Shown: positions 1 to 11,612 of the stretch, in pieces | Layout of the letters: each line of letters starts with the position of its first letter | Numbering within the stretch: position 1 is the stretch's first letter | DNA from: an uncultured Planctomycetota bacterium | GTDB taxonomy: Bacteria; Planctomycetota; Planctomycetia; Isosphaerales; Isosphaeraceae | Assembly: GCA_963845755.1 (NCBI GenBank) | Contig: CAWJTV010000033.1 | Location: 416,001 to 480,000, forward strand | Direction: 5' to 3' | Length of the DNA: 64,000 nt | The notes under the pieces: generated by a model | Databases searched by the model: none | What the model was told of the DNA's origin: nothing | The model's input: only the letters and a program-made list of their open reading frames with translations | Translations under genes and position numbers: made by a program

Positions 1-1350
1 TTCCTCATGTCGCGTGTGGTCACGAAGACCTTCGAACCGCTCGTCGCCGCGATCGGGACGAACCGGTTCGGACCGAGTTGCTGTCTGACGATCAGGCGAA
101 GTCCCACCGGGCCAGAGCAGTGGGCCAGGCTCGGTCGTTGGCTCGGGGGCCTGCGGTGGCAAGCGGCCCGGCGCGGGCTCGGTCGTCGGTTCAGAACTCA
201 GGAGGGGTGTCTTCATCGACAGCGTATCGACGAGGAGCTGATTGAGTTGACTGCGCAGGATCGAGACGAATTCCGCCAGGCCTGGCCGGCTGTTAGGCTC
301 GGCGGATAGGCCGCTGCGGACGACCCGCTCCAGGGGCTCGGGCAGGACCGCGCACCGCGGATCGGGATCGGGGAGCCCGCGTTGCGCCTGGAGGCGCAGA
401 TCGGCGATCGTCGGGCCGCGGAACGGCTTCTGCCCCGTGACGAGGGTGAATAAGCTCGCCGTCAGGCCGTAGACATCCAGCGCCGGGCTGACCTGGCCGT
501 CGAACGCCTCCGGCGCCATGTAAGGAGTCGTCCCGGCGAGTCCGGAGGGCTCGGCCAGTCGGGCACCCACTCCCAGGTCGGTCAAGAGCGCCTCGTCGAT
601 CTCCGGGTCCCACAGCATGTTGCCGGGCTTGACGTCGCGGTGGACGATCCCTCGCGCATGCACCGAAAGCAGTCCTTCGCCCACATCCGCCACGTAACGC
701 GCCGCCGCCTGCCAGTTGAGCGGGCCCTCCCGATCCAGCCGATCGGCCAGCGAGCCGCCAGGAACATACTGGAGCACCAGCACGGGGTCGTCGTCGGATT
801 CCAGCCAGCCAAGGACCTGGACGAGATTGGGGTGGCGGACGCTGACCAGCAGCTCGGCCTCATTCCGCAGTGCGTCCAGGAGATCCCGGCGCTTCTCCGT
901 CGCGGCGCGAGGCCGGATCATCTTGAGCGCGACCTCGCGCTGGAATACGTTCAAGTCCTCGGCCAGCCAGACCTCGCTGAAGCCTCCCGAGCCCAGCAGC
1001 CGCACGATGCGATACCCCGGCACCACCGGCATGGTCGATTCCCGCGAATCCGCCGACCGCGATGGTGGGATCGTGCGCCCGATGGATCGGCCGGCGAAGA
1101 GGTCGTCCAGCAACCCGCCATCCAGCGGGAACCGTTCCCGATACTCCTCCCGTCCCGGAGATTTGTTCGCCTCGCGGCGAACCTCCAACTCGATGCACAA
1201 CAGGTCGTGCAACACCTCGGCCCGATGTGATTGCGGGACGGCATTCAGGAAGTCCTCAATCCGAGGACGTAGCCCCTTCCGCCACGCCGCCTCGAATCGG
1301 TCCGCGATCTCAATGATTTGTTCCAATCGGCCGACGGAATCTCGAGACAT
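1..1350 (-). CDS. Serine/threonine protein kinase (planctomycete type), 3' end runs off the window
   Basis: Manual translation from ATG at 1350: MSRDSVGRLEQIIEIADRFEAAW...RPRIEDFL, then LGSGGFSEVW, VALKMI, HRDVKPGNML, DLG (in place of DFG). Missing from the ORF track because there is no stop in the window. Confidence 0.9.
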   Translation of the reverse strand, partial: MSRDSVGRLEQIIEIADRFEAAWRKGLRPRIEDFLNAVPQSHRAEVLHDLLCIELEVRREANKSPGREEYRERFPLDGGLLDDLFAGRSIGRTIPPSRSADSRESTMPVVPGYRIVRLLGSGGFSEVWLAEDLNVFQREVALKMIRPRAATEKRRDLLDALRNEAELLVSVRHPNLVQVLGWLESDDDPVLVLQYVPGGSLADRLDREGPLNWQAAARYVADVGEGLLSVHARGIVHRDVKPGNMLWDPEIDEALLTDLGVGARLAEPSGLAGTTPYMAPEAFDGQVSPALDVYGLTASLFTLVTGQKPFRGPTIADLRLQAQRGLPDPDPRCAVLPEPLERVVRSGLSAEPNSRPGLAEFVSILRSQLNQLLVDTLSMKTPLLSSEPTTEPAPGRLPPQAPEPTTEPGPLLWPGGTSPDRQTATRSEPVRPDRGDERFEGLRDHTRHEE

Positions 1351-1521
1351 GGTTCACTCCCACCGCCTGGCTCTCCGAACGACATGGTCGAGGGTGCAGG
1401 GAGCAGGCCGCTCGTTCGACAACACACACATCTAATGGATCGGCATGGGAAAAACAAGTGGTCAGCGCTTGTCCGAGCGGGCTCGTCGAAAAGGTGGGAT
1501 TTGCCTGATCGAGATGGGCGG

Positions 1522-1775
1522 TCATTCCATCTCGCCGAGGAACCGTCCGCCGTCGAGGCGGAAACACGCCCCGGTGACGAAGTTCGTGCCCTCGAGCAGG
1601 TACACGATCAGTCGATTGACGTCGCTGGCGGATCCGAAGCGTCAGAGCGGCGTGTAGGACCAGCACGGCCTGAATCTCATCTTCGGTGAGGTCGGAAGAC
1701 GGGTCGCTCATCGCCGGCTGGATCATCGCGACGAGGATGTACGGGGCGAGTTCCCCGGGGCCAGGGCGAGGCCAT
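1522..1775 (-). pseudogene. Decayed duplicate of the 3' end of the SDR gene at 10827-11612
   Basis: Nucleotide match to ~10827-11078 (MIQPAM..LTEDEIQAV..GTNFVTGACFR.DGGRFLGE), with an in-frame TGA (PL*RFG vs PLRRFG) and an indel. Confidence 0.85.
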
Positions 1776-1992
1776 CCCTGGGCGTGCCTGCCGGTCTCGG
1801 ATCACGCCAGCGCCTGGACCGTCTCCGGCTCCTCATATCCCGGCCATCTCGAGTTTTCTCATGATCTCGAGCGGTTCGACCGGAGTTTGTCGCCCCGGCT
1901 GAATCGATGTTCTAGGTTGATCTTGTCAGGCGGAGTCGCTCTTCGTCCGACCTTGGCGCAACGATTCTCAGTCACTCATTGCGGGTGATGCC

Positions 1993-3099
1993 ATGATCTG
2001 CCAGGAATTGCCTACTCACACGTTCCCGCTCTCCAGCGCCCATACGACCACGTTTCCCAACCTCCTCGATCATCTGGGAATCTCGCTTCTGGTGACCACC
2101 TACCAGGCCGGAAAGTTGGTGATCCTGCGCGCCGAAGGTGATGTGCTCAACACCCATTTCCGGGGATTTAACAAGCCGATGGGACTGGCCGTGGACGGGG
2201 ACCGGCTCGCCATCGGTGCGGGAATCGAAATCTGGGAATACCACAATGTCCCCGCACTGGCTCGCCGACTCCAGCCCGCCGGAAAGCACGACGCCTGTTT
2301 TCTGCCACGATCGGGACATCTGACGGGCAACGTCCTGATCCACGAGATGGCCTGGCACGACGGCGAATTGTGGTTCGTCAACACGCGTTTCTCCTGCTTG
2401 TGTACCCGCGACCGATGGCACAGCTTCGTGCCGCGCTGGCGACCGGCGTTCATTTCCGGCCTGGCTCCGGAAGATCGCTGTCATCTCAACGGGCTCGGGT
2501 TCACCCCCGATGGCCGCTGCCTGGTCACCGCACTCGGCGAGACGGACTCCCCCAACGGCTGGCGGGCCGACAAGTGCCACGGAGGCATACTGCTGGATGC
2601 AGGACGCGGCGAGGTGCTGGTCCGCGACCTGGCGATGCCACATTCGCCCCGAGCCCATGACGGTCGAATCTGGTTGCTCGAGTCGGGTGCCGGGACTTTC
2701 GGATACATCGATGAACGCGCCGGACGCTACGAGCCCATCGCCGAGCTACCGGGCTTCACTCGCGGACTGGATTTCTACGGGGACTACGCCTTCATCGGAC
2801 TCTCGCAGGTTCGCGAGTCGTCCGTCTTTTCCGGTCTCCCCATCACCGACGGATCCGCGGAGCGCCACTGTGGCGTCTGGGTGGTCGACCTCCGCTCGGG
2901 TCGGACTGTCGCGTTCGTGAGATTCGAGGACGCCCTCCAGGAGATCTTCGCCGTCCAGGTTGTACCCCAGTTCCGCTTCCCGGAGCTGCTCAATGACGAC
3001 AGGGCGGTGCTGGCCGATTCGTTCGTCCTGCCGGATGCCGCCCTCGCGGACGTGCCCGCTTCGTTGCGATTTCCGTCCTCGCGCCGATCTTGTGCTTGA
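1993..3099 (+). CDS. TIGR03032 / DUF4915 family protein (uncharacterised)
   Basis: Motifs LGISLLVTTYQAGKL, FVNTRFSCLC, PEDRCHLNGL, MPHSPR, LPGFTRGL, GLSQVRE. Confidence 0.88.
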   Translation: MICQELPTHTFPLSSAHTTTFPNLLDHLGISLLVTTYQAGKLVILRAEGDVLNTHFRGFNKPMGLAVDGDRLAIGAGIEIWEYHNVPALARRLQPAGKHDACFLPRSGHLTGNVLIHEMAWHDGELWFVNTRFSCLCTRDRWHSFVPRWRPAFISGLAPEDRCHLNGLGFTPDGRCLVTALGETDSPNGWRADKCHGGILLDAGRGEVLVRDLAMPHSPRAHDGRIWLLESGAGTFGYIDERAGRYEPIAELPGFTRGLDFYGDYAFIGLSQVRESSVFSGLPITDGSAERHCGVWVVDLRSGRTVAFVRFEDALQEIFAVQVVPQFRFPELLNDDRAVLADSFVLPDAALADVPASLRFPSSRRSCA

Positions 3100-3129
3100 T
3101 CCGATCACACTGTACCGGGTTGTGGTGCC

Positions 3130-6100
3130 ATGAGAATTCATCATAGCGATCGTCGAAGCAAGAAAGCCCGCAAAGCAACGGCGCGCCGCCGCTTGCTCCA
3201 CATGGAGACGCTCGAGGACCGGCGGCTCCTCGCCACGTTCACCGTCAGCAGCACCGCCGACTCCGGATCGAATACGTTGCGACAGGCGATCCTCGACGCC
3301 GCAGAGAATGACGAGGCGGACACGATCGACTTCGACGCCAGCCTCGCCGGCGAGACGATCACCCTGACCAGTAACGACTCGGACACCGCCTACGGACCGA
3401 CGGCCCTTGTCATCAACAACGATAACATCACCATCGATGGCTCCAACGCCCCATTGTTGACACTGAGCGGCAACGGGGCGCGGCGCCTCTTTGCCGTCGT
3501 CCAGCACCGCCACACTGACGCTGGAGAATATCACGCTCACGGACGGGCTGGCCCAAGGCGGCGCCGGCGGCAGCGGCGGCGTGAGCGGTAGCTCCGGCGG
3601 CGGCGGCGGCGGCGGCGGCGGTGCGGGACTGGGGGGCGCCATCTTCAACGAGGGGACCCTGAACGTCGTCCAGAGCACCCTTTCGGGAAACACGGCCATT
3701 GGGGGCAACTCGAGCCTTGCGGGAACTCAGTTTGGCGGCAGTGGTGGTGGCTCGGCCGCTTACAACGGCGGCGTTGGCGCCGACTACGGCGCCGGTGGCG
3801 GCGGCGGGGTTGACGGTGCGGGGGCCGGCGCCAGTGGAAACACGGGCGGAGTCGGCGGAGCCAATCAGTCGGGGACCCAGGCGTCAGCGGGGAGCAGTGG
3901 GACGCTGGGTGGTGGCGGCGGCGGCGGCAGCAAGGCGGTGGCGGGCGGGAGTGGCACGGCCGCGAGCGATAGCGGATTCGGCGGCGGCGGCGGCGGTGGC
4001 GGCGGTGAGACCACCAACGTGAACGGTGGAGCGGGCGGCGCGGGAGGGTTCGGCGCCGGTGGCGGCGGCGGTGGTGGAGCGGAATCGAACAACGGCACCG
4101 GCGGCGCCGGCGGCGCGGGAGGGTTCGGCGGCGGTGGTGGCGGCGGCGGGATCTATTCCTATACCGGAGACACGGGCGCCGGCGGCGTCGGTGGGTTCGG
4201 CGGCGGCAACGGCGCCGGCGGAGGGACCAATAGCGGCGGGAAAAAGGGTGGTGGCGGAGCCGGCATGGGGGGGGCCATCTTCAATGATGGCGGTACCGTC
4301 ACCGTCACCAACAGCACGCTTACGGGCAACACGGCCCAGGGGGGCACGGGCGCCAACAACGGCGAGGGTCTCGGCGGCGCCATCTTCAGCCTCAACGGCA
4401 CCCTGAACGCCCTCAACGCCACGATCTCGATCAACACCGCCAACGCGGGAGACGGCGTCTATGTCTACGGCGACAACGCCACCGCCACGGCGACGATCAA
4501 CAACACGATCATCGGCCAGAGCACCAACACGACCTCAGACTTCGCCGCCAGTGCCAACGGAGGCGGCACCGATTCCACCTCCGGTGCTGGCAACCTGATC
4601 CGCTCCGCCACTAACTTCTCGGGTAGCATCGTTAGCACCGCCAATCCCCTCCTGGGCAGCCTGGCCGATAACACGGGGCCCACGGAAACGATGCTCCCCA
4701 CAGCCGGCAGCCCGGCCATCGACGCCGGTAACAACGCCGCGGCCTCCGACCTGACGATCGATCAGCGCGGCCTGCCCCGAAACTCTAACAGTACGGTCGA
4801 TATCGGCGCCGTCGAGGTGCAGTCTGAGACGGCGCCGACAATCACCAGCGCCGACTCCACCACGTTCACGGTGGGCAGCGCGGGGACGTTCTCGATCACA
4901 ACGACGGGCAATCCCACCGCAGCCCTCAGCGAGAGCGGAGCCCTGCCCGGTGGCGTCACGTTCGTCGACAACGGGAATGGGACGGCGACGCTCAGCGGAA
5001 CGCCTACCAGTGGAAGTGGTGGCACCTATACGCTGGACATTACCGCGTCCAACGGAAACTCCCCCGACGCCACGCAGACCTTCACACTCACCGTCGATCA
5101 GGCCCCCGCCATCACCAGCGACGACGCCACCACCTTCACCGTGGGCAGCGCGGGCACGTTCACGATCACCACCACCGGCTTCCCAACCGCCTCCCTGAGC
5201 GAGACCGGCGCCCTGCCTGGTGGTGTCACCTTCCTCGACAACGAGAACGGCACGGCGACGTTCAGCGGGACCCCGACGAGTGGCAGCGGCGGCACCTATA
5301 CGCTGACCATTACCGCATCGAACGGAGTCACACCCGAGGCCACCCAGACCTTCACGCTTACCGTCGATGAAGCCCCCGCCATCACCAGTGACGATAGCTC
5401 CACGTTTATCGTGAGCAGCCCGGGGACGTTCACCGTCATCACCACCGGCTTCCCCACCGCCGCTTTGAGCGAGAGTGGCACCCTACCCGGCGGCGTCACC
5501 TTCGTCGACGACGAGAACGGCACGGCGGCGCTCAGCGGAACGCCCACGAGTGGCAGCGCCGGCACCTACACGCTGACCATCACGGCATCGAACGGCGTCG
5601 AGCCCGACGCCACCCAGACCTTCACGCTCACGGTTAACCAGGTACCAGCGATCACCAGCGACGACGGCACCATGTTCACCGTGGGCAGCGCGGGGACGTT
5701 CTCGGTCACCAGTACCGGATTCCCGACCGCCTCCCTGAGCGAGGGTGGTGCACTACCGGGCGGCGTCACTTTTGTGGACAACGAGGACGGCACGGCGACG
5801 CTCAGCGGGACCCCGACGAGTGGCAGCGGCGGCACCTATACGCTGAACCTCACGGCATCGAACGGCGTCGGGCCCGAGGCCACCCAGAGCTTCACGCTCA
5901 TTGTCAATGAGGCCCCCACGATCACCAGCGACAACGGCACGACGTTCACCGTGGGCACCGCGGGGACGTTCTCGGTCACCACGACCGGCTACACAACTCC
6001 CACCCTGAACGAGATCGGCGCGCTACCGGGCGGCATCAGCTTCGTGGATAACGAGAACGGTACGGCGACGCTCAGCGGAACGCCGGCCGCAGGGAGTGGC

Positions 6101-9100
6101 GGCACCTATACATTGACCATCGCGGCATCGAACGGAATCGAGCCCGACGCCACGCAAACGTTCACACTGACGGTCGATCAGGCACCTGCCATCACCAGTG
6201 ACAATGACACGACGTTCACCGTGGGCAGCGCCGGCACGTTCTCGGTCACCAGTACGGGTTTTCCCAACGCCTCCCTCAGCGAGAGCGGCGCCCTGCCCGG
6301 CGGTGTGAGCTTCGTGGACAATGAGAACGGCACGGCGACGCTGAGTGGAACGCCCACCGGTGGCAGCGGCGGCACCTATACGCTGAGCCTCACCGCTTCG
6401 AACGGCGTCGAGCTCGAGGCCACGCAGACCTTCACCCTCACCGTCGATCAGGCCCCCGCGATCACCAGCGACAACGGCACGACGTTTACGGTGGGCAGCG
6501 CGGGGACGTTCTCGATCACCACCACCGGCTTCCCGACCGCTAGCCTGAGCGAGAGCGGCGCCCTGCCTGGTGGTGTCACCTTCCTCGACAACGACGACGG
6601 GACGGCGACGCTCAGCGGGACACCGGCCGCCGGAAGCGGAGGCACTTATTCGCTGAGCATTACCGCAGCCAACGGAATCACACCCGAGGCCGAGCAGACC
6701 TTCACGCTCACGATCGACCAGGCCCCCGCCATCACCAGCGACGATGCCACCACCTTCACCGTGGACAGCGCCGGCACCTTTACGATCACCACCACCGGCT
6801 TCCCGACCGCTGGCCTGAGCGAGAGCGGCGCCCTGCCCGGCGGTGTGAGCTTCGTGGACAATGAGAACGGCACGGCGACCCTCAGCGGGACACCGGCCGC
6901 CGGAAGCGGCGGCACTTATTCCCTGAGCATCACCGCGGCCAACGGAGTCACACCCGAAGCCGAGCAGACCTTCACGTTCACCATCGATCAGGCCCCCGCC
7001 ATCACCAGCGACGATGCCACCACCTTTACCGTGAGCAGCGCGGGCACGTTCACGATCACCACCACCGGCTTCCCCACCGCTAGCCTGAGCGAGAGCGGCG
7101 CCCTGCCCGGCGGCGTCACCTTCCTCGACAACGAGAACGGCACGGCGACCCTCAGCGGGACGCCCACGGGCGGAAGCGGCGGCACCTATACGCTGAGCCT
7201 CACGGCATCGAACGGCGTCTCCCCCGAAGCCGAGCAGACCTTCACCCTCACGGTCGATCAGGCTCCCGCCGTCACCAGCGACGATGCCACCACCTTCACC
7301 GTGGGGAGCGCAGGGACGTTCACGATCACGACCACCGGCTTCCCGACCGCTGGCCTGAACGAGAGCGGCGCCCTGCCCGGTGGTGTCACCTTCCTCGACA
7401 ACGGCGATGGCACGGCGACCCTCAGCGGAACGCCCACCAGTGGCAGTGGCGGCACCTATACTCTGAGCATTTCCGCGGCCAACGGAGTCACACCCGAGGC
7501 CGAGCAGACCTTTACTCTCACGGTCGACCAGGCGCCCGCCATCACCAGCGACGATGCCACCACCTTCACCGTGGGCAGCGCGGGGACGTTCTCAATCACC
7601 ACCACGGGTTTCCCCACCGCTGCCTTGAGCGAGAGCGGTGCCCTGCCCGACGGCGTCACCTTCCTCGACAACGACAACGGTACGGCGACTCTCAGCGGAA
7701 CGCCCACCAGTGGCAGTGGTGGCACCTATACGATCAGCATCACCGCGGACAACGAGGTCGAGCCCGAGGCCACCCAGACCTTCACCCTCACGGTCGATGA
7801 AGCCCCTGCGATCACCAGCGAGGATGACGCCACCTTCATCGCGGGCAGCGCGGACACGTTCACGATCACCACCACCGGCTTCCCGACCGCTGGCCTGAGC
7901 GAGAGCGGTGCCCTGCCCGGTGGCGTCACCTTCCTGGACAACGGCGATGGCACGGCGACGCTCAGCGGAACGCCGGCAGCCGGAAGCGGCGGCACCTATA
8001 CGCTCAGCCTCACCGCGGACAATGGGGTCACGCCCGAGGCCACCCAGTCCTTCACGCTCACGGTCGACCAGGCCCCCGCCATCACCAGCGACGATGCCAC
8101 GACGTTCACCGTGGGCAGCGCCGGGACCTTCACGATCACCACCACCGGCTTCCCGACCGCTAGCCTGAGCGAGAGCGGCGCCCTACCCGGCGGCGTCACC
8201 TTTTTCGACAACGACGACGGCACGGCGACCCTCAGCGGGACGCCCACGGGCGGGAGCGGCGGCACCTATACGCTCAGCCTCACCGCTTCGAACGGCGTTA
8301 CTCCCGAGGCCACCCAGTCCTTCACGTTCACGGTCAACCAGGCCCCCGCGATCACCAGTGACAATGACACCACGTTCACCGTCGGCAGCGCGGGGACGTT
8401 CTCGATCACGAGCACAGGTTTTCCCACCGCCGCCCTGAGCGAGAGCGGCGTCCTGCCCGGCGGTGTCACCTTCCTCGACAACGGCGATGGCACGGCGACG
8501 CTCAGCGGGACACCAGCCGCCGGAAGCGGCGGCACTTATTCCCTGAGCATTACCGCAGCCAACGGAATCACACCCGAAGCCGAGCAGACCTTCACGTTCA
8601 CCATCGATCAGGCCCCCGCCATCACCAGCGACAACGGCACCACGTTCACCGTAGGCAGCGCGGGGACCTTCACGATCACCACCACCGGCTTCCCGACCGC
8701 TGGCCTGAGCGAGAGCGGCGCCCTACCCAGCGGCGTCACCTTCCTCGACGACGACAACGGTACGGCGACGCTCAGCGGGACACCGGCCGCCGGAAGCGGC
8801 GGCACCTATACTCTGAGCATTTCCGCGGCCAACGGAGTCACACCCGAAGCCGAGCAGACCTTCACGTTCACCGTCGATCAGGCCCCCGCCATCACAAGTG
8901 ACGATGCCACCACCTTCACCGTGGGCAGCGCGGGCACGTTCTCGATCACCACCACCGGCTTCCTGACCGCTAGTCTGAGCGAGAGCGGCGCCCTGCCCGG
9001 CGGCGTCACCTTCCTCGACAACGACAACGGGACGGCGACCCTCAGCGGGACGCCCACCAGTGGCACCGGCGGCACCTATACGCTGAGTTTCACCGCGACC

Positions 9101-10611
9101 AACGGGGTCGAGCCCGAGGCCACCCAGTCCTACACGCTCACCGTCGATCAGGCCCCCGCCATCACCAGCGACGATGGCACCACCTTCACCGTGGGCAGCG
9201 CCGGGACGTTCTCGATCACGAGTACGAGTTTTCCCACCGCCACCCTGAGCGAGAGCGGCACTTTACCCATTGGCGTCAGCTTCGTCGACAACGGTGACGG
9301 TACGGCAACTCTCAGTGGCACGCCTGCGGCAGGCACGGTCGGGGTCTTCCCCTTGATCCTCACGGCCAGCAACGGCGTCTGCGCCCGACGCATCTCAGGA
9401 TTTCATGGTCACCGTTGCGGCTGCGAACAGCGCGGTCATGGTCAACATTTCGCCATCTCCATCGGTTTACGGACAATTGTTGACGATCAGTGCACGCGTA
9501 TCGACCAGCGTTTCAGGGATCGTGCCGTCGGGGACCGTGACCTTTCAGGAAGGCAACACGGTACTCGATCGAGCAACCCTAGACTCCTCCGGCAACGCGA
9601 CCTTCTCCACCACAACGCTGCTGGCTGTGGGTTCCCACACGATCACGGCGTCCTATAGCGGCGACGCCAATTTCAACCCAAGCACCTCGACGCCGGTAAG
9701 CCTGACGGTCAACCCGGCACCGACGCGCCGTGACCGCTCAGCCATCGACCTCGGCAACAAACGTCGGTGAGCCCATCACGTTCAACGCGACGATCACCGC
9801 ACCTCCGGGCACCGGCACTCCGACCGGCACGGTCACGTTCTTTGACGGAAATACGGTGCTCGGGACGGCGCCGGTCACTCCGGTCGGATCGGCGAGTCTG
9901 GCGGTCCTGTCGCCCTCAGGGGGGGTACACACGGATGCCGCGACCGACGAGAACGGACAGGCGACACTAACGGTCCCATCATTACCGGCGGGCACACATA
10001 CGATCACTGCGGTGTATAGCGGCGACGCGACACACGCACCGAGTACCACGGTGGTCGCCGACGTCGTGATCGTCGCAGCATCTCCCAGCAGCGAGCACGG
10101 ACCGACCGTGGTCTCCCTGGCACGGTACGGCTACCACGCCCAGCCCACCTACCTGGTTATCTACTTCGACGGATCGCTCGACCCGTCCACGGCAGAGAAA
10201 GCGTCGAACTACAAGGTCGCCGGGCCGATGAAACGTTCAGGTCCCCACACGCCAATCATTGTGACTTCGGCCGCGTACAACGCGGCCAGCGACACCGTCA
10301 CCCTGGCATTCAATCGGCGGTTTAACCTGCACTATCACTACCGGCTGACGATCAAAGGCGCCAGCTCATCGGGGATCACCGACAACTCGCATATCCCATT
10401 GAATGCGGCCAGCGCCACTCAGTCCGGTAGCAATTACGTCAAGATATTCGGGCCCAAGATCCTGGCGGGTAGGGCGAGTCAGCGGAACTCACTCGACCGG
10501 ACCATGTTCAGCTCTCACGACCAGGATACGACGGCAAAAGCGCATGTGGCTCTGGACCATATGCTGGCCAGGCCGATGACGCGCTTTCATCGTCGCCGGC
10601 CCAAGCCCTGA
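3130..10611 (+). CDS. Giant secreted/surface protein: planctomycete extracellular signal, Gly-rich region, choice-of-anchor-Q-like segment, 17 putative Ig repeats, two Big_3-like domains, C-terminal domain (joined over 3 apparent frameshifts)
   Basis: RRRLLHMETLEDRRLLA signal; TVSSTADSGSNTLRQAI; long GGGGAG tract; LGSLADNTGPTETM..GSPAIDAG..DQRG..VDIGAVE; 90-aa repeats; G.HTITA.YSGD domains. ORFs 3130-3591, 3491-9658, 9405-9770 and 9730-10611 continue one another at ~3500, ~9390 and ~9730. Confidence 0.85.
4831..9420 (+). repeat. 17 tandem 270-bp (90-aa) putative Ig / He_PIG-like repeats
   Basis: Unit APAITSDD.TTFTVGSAGTF.ITTTGFPTA.LSESGALPGGVTFLDN..GTATLSGTP..GSGGTYTL...TQTFTLTVDQ starts at 4831, 5101 ... 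9151 with exact 270-bp spacing. Confidence 0.95.
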
Positions 10612-10672
10612 GGCCGCCCGGCTTCGTTGTCCGGCTCTGGGCCTAACGCGGCCTTCGGCCGCAACCCAGGAG

Positions 10673-10743
10673 GGATTCGAGATTCGAGATTCCAGATCCG
10701 GAAATCGTTCCGTTGGGAATCTCGAATCTCGAATCTCGAATCC
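10673..10743. terminator. Inverted repeat built from GATTCGA heptamers between convergent genes (likely terminator / short tandem repeat element)
   Basis: GGATTCGAGATTCGAGATTCC ... GGAATCTCGAATCTCGAATCTCGAATCC forms a stem-loop between the surface-protein stop and the SDR stop. Confidence 0.6.
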
Positions 10744-10826
10744 AGGAGTCCCCAGATGCGCGCACGGCGGCACAGATCCTACGGAGGAAGACTCAACTCC
10801 TCCCTCCCCCAAGGCCGGACCCTGGC

Positions 10827-11612
10827 TCATTCCGCCTCGCCGAGGAACCGTCCGCCATCGACGCGGAAACACGCCCCAGTCACGAAGTTCGTGCCCTCGA
10901 GTAAGTAGAGGATCAGTCGATTGACGTCGCTGGACGATCCGAATCGTCGGAGTGGCGTGTGGGCCACCACGGCCTGAATCTCGTCCTCGGTCAGCTCGAC
11001 GGGCGGGTCGATCATCGCCGGCTGGATCATCGCGACGGGGATGTGCGGGGCGAGCTCTCGCGCGAGGGCGAGAGTCATCGTGGTCAGGCCGCCCTTGGCG
11101 ACCAGGTACGGGAGATAGTCCTTGTACGGCCGCTCGGTCGCCCAGTCACCGATGTTGACGATCTTCCCCTTGATCCCATCGTTAGCGGATTGTTCCTTCA
11201 TGACCCGCGCCACAGTAAGTGCGGTGTGATACGGCGCGGCGAGATTGGCCGCGATCATCTCGTCGAAGTCGGAAGGTGAGAGATCAGCCAACGGCGTACG
11301 CCGGAAGGCGCTGGCCATGTTGACCAGTGCATCGAGGCGTCCAAAATGATTGGCCACCCGCGCCACAGCGGCCTCGGCCTGCTCGGCCCGGGACAGGTCG
11401 GCGCCGACGGCCAGGCCATGAACGCCCAGGCCCTCGACAGCCTGGATCGTTGCCTCGATACGCGTGCGACTGGTGTGATAGGTCATGGCGATGTGGGCGC
11501 CGCGACCCGCGAGCAACAGCGCCAGCTCGCCGCCGACGCGACGGCCGCCCGTGATCAGCACGACTTTGCCGTGGAGGGAATCGGCAACATCATTCGTTGG
11601 GGGCGTTTCCAT
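10827..11612 (-). CDS. SDR family oxidoreductase (pteridine reductase-like)
   Basis: TGGRRVG nucleotide-binding motif, LVNMAS, YLVAK (YxxxK), C-terminal FVTGACFRVDGG; ATG at 11612 after GGAGAGG. Confidence 0.9.
   Translation of the reverse strand: METPPTNDVADSLHGKVVLITGGRRVGGELALLLAGRGAHIAMTYHTSRTRIEATIQAVEGLGVHGLAVGADLSRAEQAEAAVARVANHFGRLDALVNMASAFRRTPLADLSPSDFDEMIAANLAAPYHTALTVARVMKEQSANDGIKGKIVNIGDWATERPYKDYLPYLVAKGGLTTMTLALARELAPHIPVAMIQPAMIDPPVELTEDEIQAVVAHTPLRRFGSSSDVNRLILYLLEGTNFVTGACFRVDGGRFLGEAE

Noticed and set aside
4465..9393. Series of 65-89-aa minus-strand ORFs at 270-bp spacing
   Set aside because: Antisense shadows of the Ig repeats.
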